A stretch of DNA of 64,000 bases, from the NCBI GenBank assembly GCA_041650295.1, contig JBAZLM010000001.1, forward strand, positions 64,318-128,317. The letters run 5' to 3'. The position numbers were made by a program, and so were the translations under genes. This document shows positions 21,871 to 31,183 of the stretch, piece by piece. The number at the start of each line of letters is the position of its first letter. Position 1 is the first letter of the stretch. The notes below the pieces were generated by a model. That model made no database searches, was not told the origin of the DNA, and saw only the letters and a list, made by a program, of their open reading frames with translations. This stretch comes from Candidatus Omnitrophota bacterium (GTDB lineage: Bacteria > Omnitrophota > Gorgyraeia > Gygaellales > Profunditerraquicolaceae).

Positions 21871-23400
21871 ATGGAAAAACGTTTAGTATTGGCAATCGCA
21901 TTATCACTTTTAGTATTATTGAGTTGGTCAGTGCTTGTACCTAAGCCGCAAGTCGTTGAAAATAAAGGAGTTATAGCATCAGAGGTGAAGCTAGAAACTA
22001 TAGCCCAGAACACTCCCCTGGTTTTACAGCCTACTCCCGTTGCCCCCTCTTCAACAATAGTGATAAAAGAACCAATAAAATTTGTACAAAATAATCGGGA
22101 GATAGTTTTTAACCCAGAGAACGGCACGATTGTAAAAGTAATTTTTAAAGACAATCTTGAGCATCAATTGCCATTGTTTGTGGGCTTTTTAACCAATGAT
22201 AATTTAGCGTTTCATCATACTAATACTACAAAAGATTCGATTACCTTCGTTCACGAAGATCAAAGTCAAAGAGTTGTGAAGAAGTTTTCTTTACCTAACA
22301 ACAGCTACACCATAGGTTTAGAGATAAAAATTCAAAACTTATCTAGTGCTCCTTTGATATTAAATCCAAAATTAATTTTAGGTCGTTTAAACTTAGATGG
22401 CAAAAATCCTCAATCACGCTATCAAGATGTTTTGTTTAGCGGTAAAGAAAAAACGGCACATCTTTCTGCTGGTAAAGATGCTAGCAGCCAAGATATTAAA
22501 TTTATTGGGTTGAGAGATCAATATTTTTGTGTAATTTTAGAGCCGGCTGAACTAGTTACCAATGCTTATGTAAAAAAACTTTCACCTCAGGAGTCTGAGG
22601 TTGGACTTTTTACTCAAGAGATTACTTTAAAATCTAATGCTCAGATTGGACAGTCATATCGTATCTATTTGGGGCCACAAGATTTAAAGATATTAAATAG
22701 CGTAAATCCAGAATGGACATCTATTATTTATTTTGGTATGTTTGATTTTATCGCCCAGTTGATTTTGCAGTTGCTGGGATTTTTTTATAGCTTAGTGCAT
22801 AATTGGGGTTGGGCATTAATTATTTTGAGTGTGGCGGTTTATTTCTTATTGTTCCCGCTCTCGATTAAACAAATGCGCTCGATGAAGGAGATGCAGATTT
22901 TGCAACCAAAGATTGAAGCGCTCCGCAATGAATACAAAAATAATCCACAAAGACTAAATAAAGAGATCATGGATCTTTATAAAGAACACAAGGTTAATCC
23001 ATTGAGTGGTTGTTTACCGTTGATATTACAAATGCCGATATTTTTTGCGCTTTATCAGGCGTTGATTCGTTCGGTAGCTTTACGCGGCGCTCATTTTTGG
23101 TGGATAAAAGATCTTTCTTCGCCCGATCGACTATTTGTTTTTAAAAATTCTATTCCTATTTTGGGTAACCAATTAAATATATTGCCTATTTTAATGGCGA
23201 TTGGTATGTTTGTGCAGCAGAAGATCTCTATGGCCAAGGCAACTGGGGATTCTGCTCAACAACAAAAAATCATGATTGTGGTAATGCCGATTATGTTCGG
23301 AGTAATTTTTTATCAAATGCCATCGGGATTAGTTCTGTATTGGTTTGTGAATAGTATTTTGATGTTAGGGTATCAATATAAAATTAACAAACAAAAATGA
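21871..23400 (+). CDS. yidC: membrane protein insertase YidC
   Basis: 509 aa; N-terminal TM, periplasmic domain and C-terminal 5-TM 60KD_IMP core (NWGWALIILSV...). Confidence 0.9.
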   Translation: MEKRLVLAIALSLLVLLSWSVLVPKPQVVENKGVIASEVKLETIAQNTPLVLQPTPVAPSSTIVIKEPIKFVQNNREIVFNPENGTIVKVIFKDNLEHQLPLFVGFLTNDNLAFHHTNTTKDSITFVHEDQSQRVVKKFSLPNNSYTIGLEIKIQNLSSAPLILNPKLILGRLNLDGKNPQSRYQDVLFSGKEKTAHLSAGKDASSQDIKFIGLRDQYFCVILEPAELVTNAYVKKLSPQESEVGLFTQEITLKSNAQIGQSYRIYLGPQDLKILNSVNPEWTSIIYFGMFDFIAQLILQLLGFFYSLVHNWGWALIILSVAVYFLLFPLSIKQMRSMKEMQILQPKIEALRNEYKNNPQRLNKEIMDLYKEHKVNPLSGCLPLILQMPIFFALYQALIRSVALRGAHFWWIKDLSSPDRLFVFKNSIPILGNQLNILPILMAIGMFVQQKISMAKATGDSAQQQKIMIVVMPIMFGVIFYQMPSGLVLYWFVNSILMLGYQYKINKQK

Positions 23401-23597
23401 AAAAAGTGCGATTTATTGAAGTTGAAGGAAAAACAGTTGAAGAAGCAGTAAAAAAAGCTTTAGCACAGTTACAGTTGCCCCGCAATCGGGTTAAGATAGA
23501 GAGTGTTACGGAAGAGAAAAAAGGACTTTTTGGCATGGCAGGAGAAAAGCCGGCCAAGTTGCGAGTGAGTGTAATTCCTGGTAAAGATAACACTTGA
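23397..23597 (+). CDS. Jag/KhpB N-terminal-domain-only protein
   Basis: 66 aa matching the Jag_N domain in the conserved yidC-jag position; no KH or R3H domains follow. Confidence 0.5.
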   Translation: MKKVRFIEVEGKTVEEAVKKALAQLQLPRNRVKIESVTEEKKGLFGMAGEKPAKLRVSVIPGKDNT

Positions 23598-23680
23598 CAA
23601 CCCTGTTGATTTTGAGATAATTGATTTAACTCAGGTGGATGTTCCCCGGGGAACCAAGATATATAACCACAACTATATCA

Positions 23681-24472
23681 ATGGGTAAAATAATTGCAAT
23701 TTGTAATCAGAAGGGTGGCGTAGGTAAAACCACGACGTCGATTAACCTTGCGGCTTATTTGGCAATGGCCGGTAAGCGTGTAATTCTGATTGATCTTGAT
23801 CCTCAGGCTAACGCCACGAGTGGAATTGGGATTAATAAGCATGATGTACAAAAAAGCACTTACCATATTTTGCTTGAAGAATCTAAACTCGCCGAAATTT
23901 TACAAAAAACTGTAATCGATAATTTATGGCTCGCTCCTTCTAATTTAGATTTAACGGGAGCTGAGGTAGAACTAGTGGGTGCGCTAGGTCGTGAGTATAG
24001 ATTAAAAAGAGCATTGCAAGTTGAAAAAGAAAACTTTGATTTTATTATTATAGATTCTCCACCGTCATTGGGTCTCTTAACTATCAATGGTTTATGTGCT
24101 GCTGATTCAGTAATTATTCCGGTACAGTGTGAATATTATGCGTTAGAAGGGTTAACGCAACTCCATAACACGATTAAACTTGTGAAAGAAAATCTTAATC
24201 CTGCGTTAAGTGTGGAAGGGGTTCTTTTAACTATGGCGGATTTTCGCACCAATTTGACCAAGGAAGTAATTAATGAAGCGCGTAACCATTTTAAAGAAAA
24301 GGTTTATAATACCGTTATTCCGCGCAATATTCGTTTGACTGAAGCTCCCAGCTTTGGTAAACCGATTGCCCTATATGATAAGGCTTCTTTAGGGGCGGAG
24401 AAGTATGAGGATCTAAGCAGAGAAGTTTTAGGTTTATCAGCCAATTCATCAATTCCAAAAGGAGTCGTTTAA
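23681..24472 (+). CDS. parA: chromosome partitioning ATPase ParA/Soj
   Basis: Starts MGKIIAICNQKGGVGKTT (deviant Walker A); upstream part of the listed ORF is probably not translated. Confidence 0.9.
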   Translation: MGKIIAICNQKGGVGKTTTSINLAAYLAMAGKRVILIDLDPQANATSGIGINKHDVQKSTYHILLEESKLAEILQKTVIDNLWLAPSNLDLTGAEVELVGALGREYRLKRALQVEKENFDFIIIDSPPSLGLLTINGLCAADSVIIPVQCEYYALEGLTQLHNTIKLVKENLNPALSVEGVLLTMADFRTNLTKEVINEARNHFKEKVYNTVIPRNIRLTEAPSFGKPIALYDKASLGAEKYEDLSREVLGLSANSSIPKGVV

Positions 24473-25329
24473 TGGAAAGAAGAGCGTTGGGAAAAGGATT
24501 GAGCGCGTTGATACCAGAAAAAGCAGTGGATGTTAATGTCCATAAAGAAGAGATTGTTTATGTCCAGTTTGGACAAATTAAACCTAATCCATTTCAACCA
24601 AGAGAAGATTTTGATCAAGCAAACATAGAGGAGCTTGCCCAATCGATCAAGGAAAAAGGAGTGATTCAACCGCTTTTAGTTAGACGGCGAGGTGATAATT
24701 ATGAATTGATTGCTGGAGAGAGAAGATTACGTGCATCTAACTTACTGGGGCTCAAAGAGATACCGGTTATTGTGCGTGAAGTTAGTGATCAAGATTCTTT
24801 AGAGCTGGCTTTAATTGAAAATATCCAGCGCGAAGAATTAAATGCCATTGAAGAAGCGCATGCTTATCAGCATTTGATCGATAAATTTCATGTTAGTCAA
24901 GAAAAAATTAGCGAAGCATTAGGAAAGTCCAGAGTAACTATCACTAACACTCTGCGCTTGCTTAAGCTGCCACATGAAATTCAAGTGGAGATGAAAAAAG
25001 GCAGAATTAGTTTTGCCCACGGTCGAGCACTATTGGAGATCGATGATGCCAATCATCAGCGTCGACTAACCCAAGATATTATTACCAAGGGACTTTCAGT
25101 ACGCGAATTAGAAAATTTAATTAAAAGTAATCGTCCTAAATCTATAAAGCGTAATATTGGTCAAGGACAACGTGATCCTTTAGTAGCTATTTTAGAAGAA
25201 CAAATGCAGCATGCATTAGCTACCAAGGTAAGAATTAGTAAACGTAAAAAAAGAGGACATATTAATATTGAGTTTTATTCTCCAGAAGATTTGCAACGTA
25301 TTGTAAATGTAATAAAAGGAGGCAAGTAA
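24472..25329 (+). CDS. parB: chromosome partitioning protein ParB/Spo0J
   Basis: 285 aa; ParB box GERRLRA and HTH; overlaps parA stop. Confidence 0.9.
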   Translation: MERRALGKGLSALIPEKAVDVNVHKEEIVYVQFGQIKPNPFQPREDFDQANIEELAQSIKEKGVIQPLLVRRRGDNYELIAGERRLRASNLLGLKEIPVIVREVSDQDSLELALIENIQREELNAIEEAHAYQHLIDKFHVSQEKISEALGKSRVTITNTLRLLKLPHEIQVEMKKGRISFAHGRALLEIDDANHQRRLTQDIITKGLSVRELENLIKSNRPKSIKRNIGQGQRDPLVAILEEQMQHALATKVRISKRKKRGHINIEFYSPEDLQRIVNVIKGGK

Positions 25330-25331
25330 AC

Positions 25332-25835
25332 ATGAACCAGGCAGTCTTAATTTTAATTAAGCCCGACGGGTTAAAGAAATCTTTAACCGGAAATATTTTA
25401 ACTAGGTTATCTGAAACTAAATTAGAAATTGTGGCAGCAAAAATGGTGCGTGTTTCTAAAAATCTTGCAGAAGAGCATTATAAACATTTAAAAGATAAAC
25501 CATTTTTTAGCGAGATTATAAAATATTTACAAGGCGAATTACATGATCGTAAAAAGGTTATGGCTTTAGTGTATGGTGGAGATGGGGCAATAAAAAAATG
25601 TCGTGATTTGGCTGGGGCAACTAATCCGGAAGAAGCTGATTCAACATCCATTCGCGGTTCTTATGGACGCATTACTACTAATGGTGTATATGAAAATGTA
25701 ATTCATGTTTCTAGTGATGATACGGAAGCTGAACGCGAAATTAAGCTTTGGTTTGCGCCCGACGATATCATTGTGGATCTTTATGCCACCAAAGATATTG
25801 TAGAAAAAGATTGTAAAAAGAAAGTTTGGGCTTAA
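25332..25835 (+). CDS. ndk: nucleoside diphosphate kinase
   Basis: 167 aa; active-site region NVIHVSD (His) and general NDK fold sequence. Confidence 0.85.
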   Translation: MNQAVLILIKPDGLKKSLTGNILTRLSETKLEIVAAKMVRVSKNLAEEHYKHLKDKPFFSEIIKYLQGELHDRKKVMALVYGGDGAIKKCRDLAGATNPEEADSTSIRGSYGRITTNGVYENVIHVSSDDTEAEREIKLWFAPDDIIVDLYATKDIVEKDCKKKVWA

Positions 25836-25858
25836 GTATGGGAAAAACTATAAACAGT

Positions 25859-26674
25859 ATGACTGGTTTTGGTAGCCATGAGGTGGAAATTGAATCGATT
25901 GGCCGGATCAGTGTAGAGCTAAGATGTATTAATCATAAATTTTTAGAGACTGTTTTTAATTTACCCGACGGTTGGGTCTCCTTAGAGGATAAACTTAAAA
26001 AAGAGATTGAAGGAAAAATTAGTCGCGGCAGGATTTATTGTGCGATTAATATCAAAGAACAGGTTGCGCATGGAATATTTTTAAATCGCAAACTGTTAAA
26101 AAATTATTTACATGAATTAAGTAGTGTAAAAAAAGAGTTCAAAATTAATGACAACCTAACTTTAGATGCTTTGATTCGCCTGCCGGGAGTGTTATCATTA
26201 CGAGAAAATAAATTTACCGGCTGCCATGTTTGGGAGCAACTCAAGCCTATTTTTTTGCAGGCTCTCACGGCTTTATTAACGGCGCGACAAAAAGAGGGCA
26301 AAGCGTTAGCTAGTTTATTAAAAAATCGTTGCCAATTATTACAAAAAGATTTAATTTTTATTCGTCAGCGTTATGCGGTGGGGATTAAAGCTAGATTAAG
26401 CAAGATTCAAACCCCAGAAGAGAAGCTGTCGTTTTTAAAGAGTGCGGATATTGCCGAAGAGATTGATCGCTTAAGTTTTCATATTAAAAATTTCCAACAA
26501 AAAATTGTTAAAGGTGGGTCAGTAGGCAAAGAGCTAGATTTTATTACCCAAGAGATGCAACGAGAAGCCAATACTTTAGCGGCAAAATCATTTGATCTGA
26601 TTATTTCAGGAAGAGCTGTAGAGATGAAAAGCCAGATTGAAAAGATTCGCGAACAGGTACAGAATATAGAGTAG
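25859..26674 (+). CDS. yicC: YicC-family stress-induced protein (YicC_N + DUF1732)
   Basis: Starts MTGFG; conserved yicC-gmk-rpoZ arrangement. Confidence 0.8.
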   Translation: MTGFGSHEVEIESIGRISVELRCINHKFLETVFNLPDGWVSLEDKLKKEIEGKISRGRIYCAINIKEQVAHGIFLNRKLLKNYLHELSSVKKEFKINDNLTLDALIRLPGVLSLRENKFTGCHVWEQLKPIFLQALTALLTARQKEGKALASLLKNRCQLLQKDLIFIRQRYAVGIKARLSKIQTPEEKLSFLKSADIAEEIDRLSFHIKNFQQKIVKGGSVGKELDFITQEMQREANTLAAKSFDLIISGRAVEMKSQIEKIREQVQNIE

Positions 26675-27273
26675 TGAAAGTCAAAAAAGAGAAAAATACT
26701 TCTGGAAAAATTTTTGTGATCAGCGGACCCTCGGGCTCTGGCAAGACCACCTTACTGACCAGTTTAATTAAAGACAAAAAAATCTCTAAATTATTAACAA
26801 AATCTTGCTCTGTAACTACACGACCTAAGCGTAGTAAAGAAAAAGAGGGCAAAGACTATTTTTTTGTATCTAAAGCAGATTTTCGGAATTTGGTAAAAAC
26901 AAAAAAAATTCTTGAATGGACTAAGTATTTGGGCTATTATTACGGAACGCCTAGGGGGCCGTTAGAAAGCCAATTAGCTAGAGGCAAGAGTCTTGGCTTG
27001 TGTTTGGATCTTAAGGGGGCACGGATACTTAAAAAAATATACCCCGAGAACACCATAACGGTTTTTGTTTTACCGCCCTCATTGGATGTGCTTAAAAATA
27101 GAATCCAAAACCGTTGTCGTCAAACCAATAAAAATGAAGTAACCCAACGTATTGGTTTAGCGCGCAAGGAGTTATTGGCAACGTCTAGTTTTGACCATTG
27201 TATTATGAATCAAAATTTAAAAGTTGCATTAAGGGAATTAAAAAAAATATTTTTTCAAGCAATCAAAGCATAA
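26674..27273 (+). CDS. gmk: guanylate kinase
   Basis: 199 aa; P-loop GPSGSGKTT; followed by rpoZ. Confidence 0.85.
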   Translation: MKVKKEKNTSGKIFVISGPSGSGKTTLLTSLIKDKKISKLLTKSCSVTTRPKRSKEKEGKDYFFVSKADFRNLVKTKKILEWTKYLGYYYGTPRGPLESQLARGKSLGLCLDLKGARILKKIYPENTITVFVLPPSLDVLKNRIQNRCRQTNKNEVTQRIGLARKELLATSSFDHCIMNQNLKVALRELKKIFFQAIKA

Positions 27274-27297
27274 TATTTTACTTGAGGGGGTCTAAAG

Positions 27298-27534
27298 ATG
27301 GGTTATCAAGGTAGAGAAAGATTATTAGATAAGAGTATGGGTTCTATTTATAAATTGGTGATTTTGGCGTCGAAAAGAGCTTTGGAGATTGCCGAAGGAG
27401 CACCAAAATTAGTTAATGATGATGCGTCGGTAAAATTTTCTACGGTGGCGTTGCATGAGATTGCCGCTGGTAAAGTAGAAGCAAAAAAAGCAAGCGCGGC
27501 CAGTATTGCTAACGCAGCTAAAGCTAAAGAATAA
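27298..27534 (+). CDS. rpoZ: DNA-directed RNA polymerase omega subunit
   Basis: 78 aa; KLVILASKRALEI omega signature; gmk-rpoZ synteny. Confidence 0.75.
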   Translation: MGYQGRERLLDKSMGSIYKLVILASKRALEIAEGAPKLVNDDASVKFSTVALHEIAAGKVEAKKASAASIANAAKAKE

Positions 27535-28079
27535 TGACAAAAGTGACAAAGAATATTATTTTAGGGGTAACGGCGAGCATCGCAATTTATAAAGCCTGCG
27601 AGCTGATTCGAAAATTAAAAGCTTGCGGATTTTCGGTGAGCGTGGTGATGACTAAAGAAGCTGAAGAGCTGATTAAGCCGGTTGTTTTTCAAGCCTTGAG
27701 TGGTAATCGGGTTTATCGAGGAGGCATTTTTGATGAACAAGATACCTGGGAGATCGGACATATCTCTTTAGCGCAAAAAGCGGATTTAATTTTAATTGCT
27801 CCGGCGACGGCCAATATCCTGGCTAAATTAGCTACTGGTATTTGTGATGATCTTTTAAGTTGTACGGTTTGTGCTAGTAAAGCGCAAGTGTTAATTGCTC
27901 CGGCGATGAATAAGAATATGTATAAAAATAAAATTACGCAAAGTAATATTGCGAAATTAAAATCTTGTGGTTATAAATTTATTGCTCCGGTTAGTGGGTT
28001 ATTGGCATGTGGGGCAGTGGGCGTAGGTTGTTTGGCAGAGACCGAAGAGATTGTAAAGCAGGTTAAAAAAATATTGTAA
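27534..28079 (+). CDS. coaC: phosphopantothenoylcysteine decarboxylase (flavoprotein, CoaC domain only)
   Basis: 181 aa; GVTASIAIYKACELIRKL flavoprotein motif; no CoaB domain fused. Confidence 0.8.
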   Translation: MTKVTKNIILGVTASIAIYKACELIRKLKACGFSVSVVMTKEAEELIKPVVFQALSGNRVYRGGIFDEQDTWEIGHISLAQKADLILIAPATANILAKLATGICDDLLSCTVCASKAQVLIAPAMNKNMYKNKITQSNIAKLKSCGYKFIAPVSGLLACGAVGVGCLAETEEIVKQVKKIL

Positions 28080-28148
28080 TTTTGGCGTCCCGTAAAGCCG
28101 CTTTGGGGCTAGGCGACGGCCACGGGATGAACGAAGTGAATTTTACGT

Positions 28149-28220
28149 GGCGACGTAGCCAAGTGGTAAGGCAGTTCTCTGCAAAAGAACTATTCAGCGG
28201 TTCGAATCCGCTCGTCGCCT
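28149..28220 (+). tRNA. tRNA-Cys (anticodon GCA)
   Basis: GGCGACGTAGCCAAGTGGTAAGGC...anticodon loop CTGCAAA...T-loop TTCGAAT...CGTCGCCT. Confidence 0.85.
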
Positions 28221-28245
28221 AAAAAATTTTGGCGTTAATTATTTA

Positions 28246-28328
28246 GGGCAAGTGGTGGAATGGCATACACGACAGACTTAAAATCTGTTGGCCGCAAGGT
28301 CGTAAGGGTCCGACTCCCTTCTTGCCCA
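28246..28328 (+). tRNA. tRNA-Leu (anticodon TAA), type II with long variable arm
   Basis: GGGCAAG acceptor, anticodon loop CTTAAAA, long variable arm, T-loop TCCGACT, ends CTTGCCCA. Confidence 0.8.
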
Positions 28329-28333
28329 TTAAT

Positions 28334-28445
28334 TCAGAACTAAGAACTAAGAATTAAGAGCTAAGAGTTAAAATAGGGTAAAGGTATTTTACTAAAGTAG
28401 TATTTAGTTTTTCTTAGCTCTTAGTTCTTTTGTCTTAGCTCTGCT
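28334..28445. repeat. long imperfect inverted repeat built from CTAAGA-type hexamer repeats between tRNA-Leu and tRNA-Val
   Basis: Left arm gaactaagaactaagaattaagagctaagag. Right arm cttagctcttagttcttttgtcttagctc, an imperfect reverse complement of the left arm. The arms flank a ~45-nt AT-rich loop. Confidence 0.5.
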
Positions 28446-28450
28446 TTACC

Positions 28451-28524
28451 GGGCTCATAGCTCAGTTGGTTAGAGCGTTGCGTTGACATCGCAAAGGTCT
28501 CAGGTTCAAGTCCTGATGGGCCCA
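28451..28524 (+). tRNA. tRNA-Val (anticodon GAC)
   Basis: GGGCTCATAGCTCAGTTGGTTAGAGC...anticodon loop TTGACAT...GGTTCAAGTCC...TGGGCCCA. Confidence 0.85.
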
Positions 28525-28654
28525 TTGTAAATTGGTTTGTGGTTCTCCCGCCGGAGTTTAATATATTGGCGGGATCCCGCCAGTGCTTAAAGAATAAGCG
28601 GGAAAGTCCACTTGGGCCCATTTAAATAAACGTAGTGCATACACCTTATAAACT

Positions 28655-30373
28655 ATGGATTTATCTATTTTAAGACATTCTTGTTCTCACGTTATGGCGG
28701 AAGCGGTCAAAGAGCTTTGGCCAGATGTGAAATTGGCGATTGGTCCGGCCATTGAAGATGGTTTTTATTATGATTTTGATAAAAAAGAACCATTTAGTGA
28801 CGAAGATTTATTAGCGATTGAGAAAAAAATGCAGCAGATTATTGCTGCCAATAATATTTTTGTGCGCGAAGATTTAGAGAAAGCTAAGGCAGTTGAATTA
28901 TTTAAAAAAGCCAAAGAAAGCTATAAGGTTGAATTAATTCAAAGTTTACCGGATGCTACAGTTTCCATTTATAAAACCGGAGATAATTTTTTAGATTTAT
29001 GTCGTGGTCCACACATTAAGTCAACCGGGGAAATCAAAGCTTTTAAACTTTTGTCAGTAGCCGGTGCTTATTGGCATGGGATTGAAACTAACCCGATGTT
29101 ACAAAGAATTTATGGGACTTGTTTTAATTCGCCAAAAGAGTTAGATGAGTATTTAAAAAATTTAGAAGAAGCAAAGTTACGTGACCATCGAAAACTTGGC
29201 CCGCAGCTAGGGTTCTTTGATATATATCATGAGCAGGCTGGTGCTGGATTAGTTTTTTATCATCCTAAGGGCGCTATTTTGCGTACGATTATTGAAGATT
29301 ATGAAAAAAAAGAACATTTAAAACGTGGCTATCAAATTGTAATTACTCCGCATATTATGGATGTGGCGTTATGGAAAACTAGCGGTCACTATGATTATTA
29401 TAAAGAGAATATGTATTCGTTTATTACCGAAGGCAAAGAGTTTGTTTTAAAGCCGATGAATTGCCCGGGCCATATTTTAATTTATAAATCAAAAACTAGA
29501 AGCTATAAAGATTTACCGATTCGTTTATTCGAGCTAGGGACAGTTTATCGTCGAGAAAAGGCGGGTGTTTTGCATGGGCTCTTAAGAGTCAGGGGCTTTA
29601 CTCAGGACGATGCACATGTTTTTTGTTTGCCTGAACAATTAGGGGATGAGATTAAAAAGATTATCGATTTTGTTTTTGAAACTATGCAGGTTTTTGGTTT
29701 TAATCAATGGGGGGTGGAATTAAGTACGCGCCCAGATAAGTTTATTGGCTCAGCAGATGATTGGCAAAAAGCCACCGATGCTTTAGAGAATGCTTTAAAA
29801 GAAAAAGGTATTGTTTATGAAATTAATCAAGGCGACGGGGCGTTTTATGGACCCAAAATCGATATTAAATTAAAAGATGCATTAAAGCGTACTTGGCAGT
29901 GTGCGACGATTCAGTGTGATTTTGCGTTGCCTAAAAGATTTGAACTAGCTTATATTGATGCTGCGGGAAAAGAACAACAGCCGATTATGTTGCACCGGGT
30001 TTTATTAGGTAGCTTAGAGCGTTTTATTGGGGCGTTGATTGAGCATTATAAAGGCGAGCTTCCTTTGTGGTTGAGCCCGACTCAGGTTTTATTAATTCCG
30101 CTGAAGGAGACAACTTTTGCCTATGCGCAGGATGTAAAAAATAAATTAGAAAATAAAGATATCCGTGTGGAGATAGATTTACGCAATGAGTCTTTGGATA
30201 AAAAAATTCGAGAAGCAGAATTAAATAAAATTCCCTATAGTTTGATTATTGGTGATCGCGAAGCGGCAGCGCAAACAGTAAGTGTGCGCAAAAAAGGGAG
30301 CGGTCAACAGGGAGTATTATCGGTAGATAAATTGATTGAAGATTTAGTTAACCAGATTCAGGAACATAGGTAA
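28655..30373 (+). CDS. thrS: threonine--tRNA ligase (lacks the N-terminal TGS domain)
   Basis: 572 aa; begins in the N2/editing domain (HSCSHVMAEA), class II core and C-terminal anticodon-binding domain. Confidence 0.9.
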   Translation: MDLSILRHSCSHVMAEAVKELWPDVKLAIGPAIEDGFYYDFDKKEPFSDEDLLAIEKKMQQIIAANNIFVREDLEKAKAVELFKKAKESYKVELIQSLPDATVSIYKTGDNFLDLCRGPHIKSTGEIKAFKLLSVAGAYWHGIETNPMLQRIYGTCFNSPKELDEYLKNLEEAKLRDHRKLGPQLGFFDIYHEQAGAGLVFYHPKGAILRTIIEDYEKKEHLKRGYQIVITPHIMDVALWKTSGHYDYYKENMYSFITEGKEFVLKPMNCPGHILIYKSKTRSYKDLPIRLFELGTVYRREKAGVLHGLLRVRGFTQDDAHVFCLPEQLGDEIKKIIDFVFETMQVFGFNQWGVELSTRPDKFIGSADDWQKATDALENALKEKGIVYEINQGDGAFYGPKIDIKLKDALKRTWQCATIQCDFALPKRFELAYIDAAGKEQQPIMLHRVLLGSLERFIGALIEHYKGELPLWLSPTQVLLIPLKETTFAYAQDVKNKLENKDIRVEIDLRNESLDKKIREAELNKIPYSLIIGDREAAAQTVSVRKKGSGQQGVLSVDKLIEDLVNQIQEHR

Positions 30374-30388
30374 AAAAAGGAGGATCAT

Positions 30389-30895
30389 ATAAAAAAGTTC
30401 ACTAGAATTAACGACAGAATTAGTGCTCCACAGGTAAGGGTTATTGGTCACGACGGAAGTCAATTAGGGGTGATGACGGTGCAAAGGGCTTTGGAGATCG
30501 CCAATCAACACGAATTAGATTTAGTGGAAGTGGCGGCGGCGGCTACCCCTCCGGTTTGTAGGATTATTGAGTACAGTAAATTTAAATATGACCTGGAAAA
30601 AAAGGAACGCGAGTCTAAAAAACATCAAAAACAGGGACGCCTAAAAGAGATTCGTCTTAAGCCCAATATTGATGAGCATGATTTTGAAACCAAGGTTAAG
30701 CAAGTGATTAGTTTTTTAAAGAAAAAAGATAAAGTTAGAGTTAATCTTTTCTTCCGTGGTCGACAAATGGAGCATTTAGATTTAGGAAGAAAAGTTTTAG
30801 ATAATTTCATTATTCAAACACAAGAAGAGGGAATAGTGGAAAAAACACCGATGTTAGAAGGCAGAATTATGTCTTTTGTAATCGCCCCTAAATAA
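30389..30895 (+). CDS. infC: translation initiation factor IF-3, probably with a non-AUG (ATA) start
   Basis: Conserved IF3 N-terminus KKFTRINDRISAPQVRVIGHDGSQLGV reads in frame upstream of the listed ATG. No ATG/GTG/TTG before the thrS stop. AAGGAGG RBS 5 nt upstream of ATA at 30389. Confidence 0.75.
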   Translation: MKKFTRINDRISAPQVRVIGHDGSQLGVMTVQRALEIANQHELDLVEVAAAATPPVCRIIEYSKFKYDLEKKERESKKHQKQGRLKEIRLKPNIDEHDFETKVKQVISFLKKKDKVRVNLFFRGRQMEHLDLGRKVLDNFIIQTQEEGIVEKTPMLEGRIMSFVIAPK

Positions 30896-30917
30896 GGTAT
30901 AATAACGGGAGAATAAT

Positions 30918-31118
30918 ATGCCAAAATTAAAAACTAAAAGAGGCGTAGCGAAAAGATTTAAAATTTCTAAAAGAGGCAAAGTTAAGTATTCCCCAGGTGG
31001 CAAGAGCCATTTGGCATCATCTAAAAGAACTAAAAAAATCAGGAATCTAAGAAAACGCAGAGGATTAGCCGGCAAAAAAGAAGTACGGTTTATTAAATCC
31101 ATGCTGCCTTATGGATAG
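30918..31118 (+). CDS. rpmI: 50S ribosomal protein L35
   Basis: [23 protein letters not shown]; infC-rpmI-rplT operon. Confidence 0.9.
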   Translation: MPKLKTKRGVAKRFKISKRGKVKYSPGGKSHLASSKRTKKIRNLRKRRGLAGKKEVRFIKSMLPYG

Positions 31119-31183
31119 ATTCCACAGACACCCCGCGTTTATAATGAATTACGCGGGTGTGCCCTTGAGGGCTAGGAGAAAAA

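Noticed and set aside
21858-22154. 98-aa minus-strand ORF inside yidC
   Set aside because: Antisense to a well-supported conserved gene, no RBS, no recognisable product
28421-28621. 66-aa minus-strand ORF between tRNA-Leu and thrS
   Set aside because: It overlaps tRNA-Val and the inverted-repeat spacer on the opposite strand and has no RBS or homology; an artefact of the low-complexity region
28525-28654. T-box leader upstream of thrS
   Set aside because: The leader is only ~130 nt and lacks the conserved T-box antiterminator sequence (GGGTGGNACCGCG-like); only a simple hairpin TCCCGCC-15nt-GGCGGGA is present
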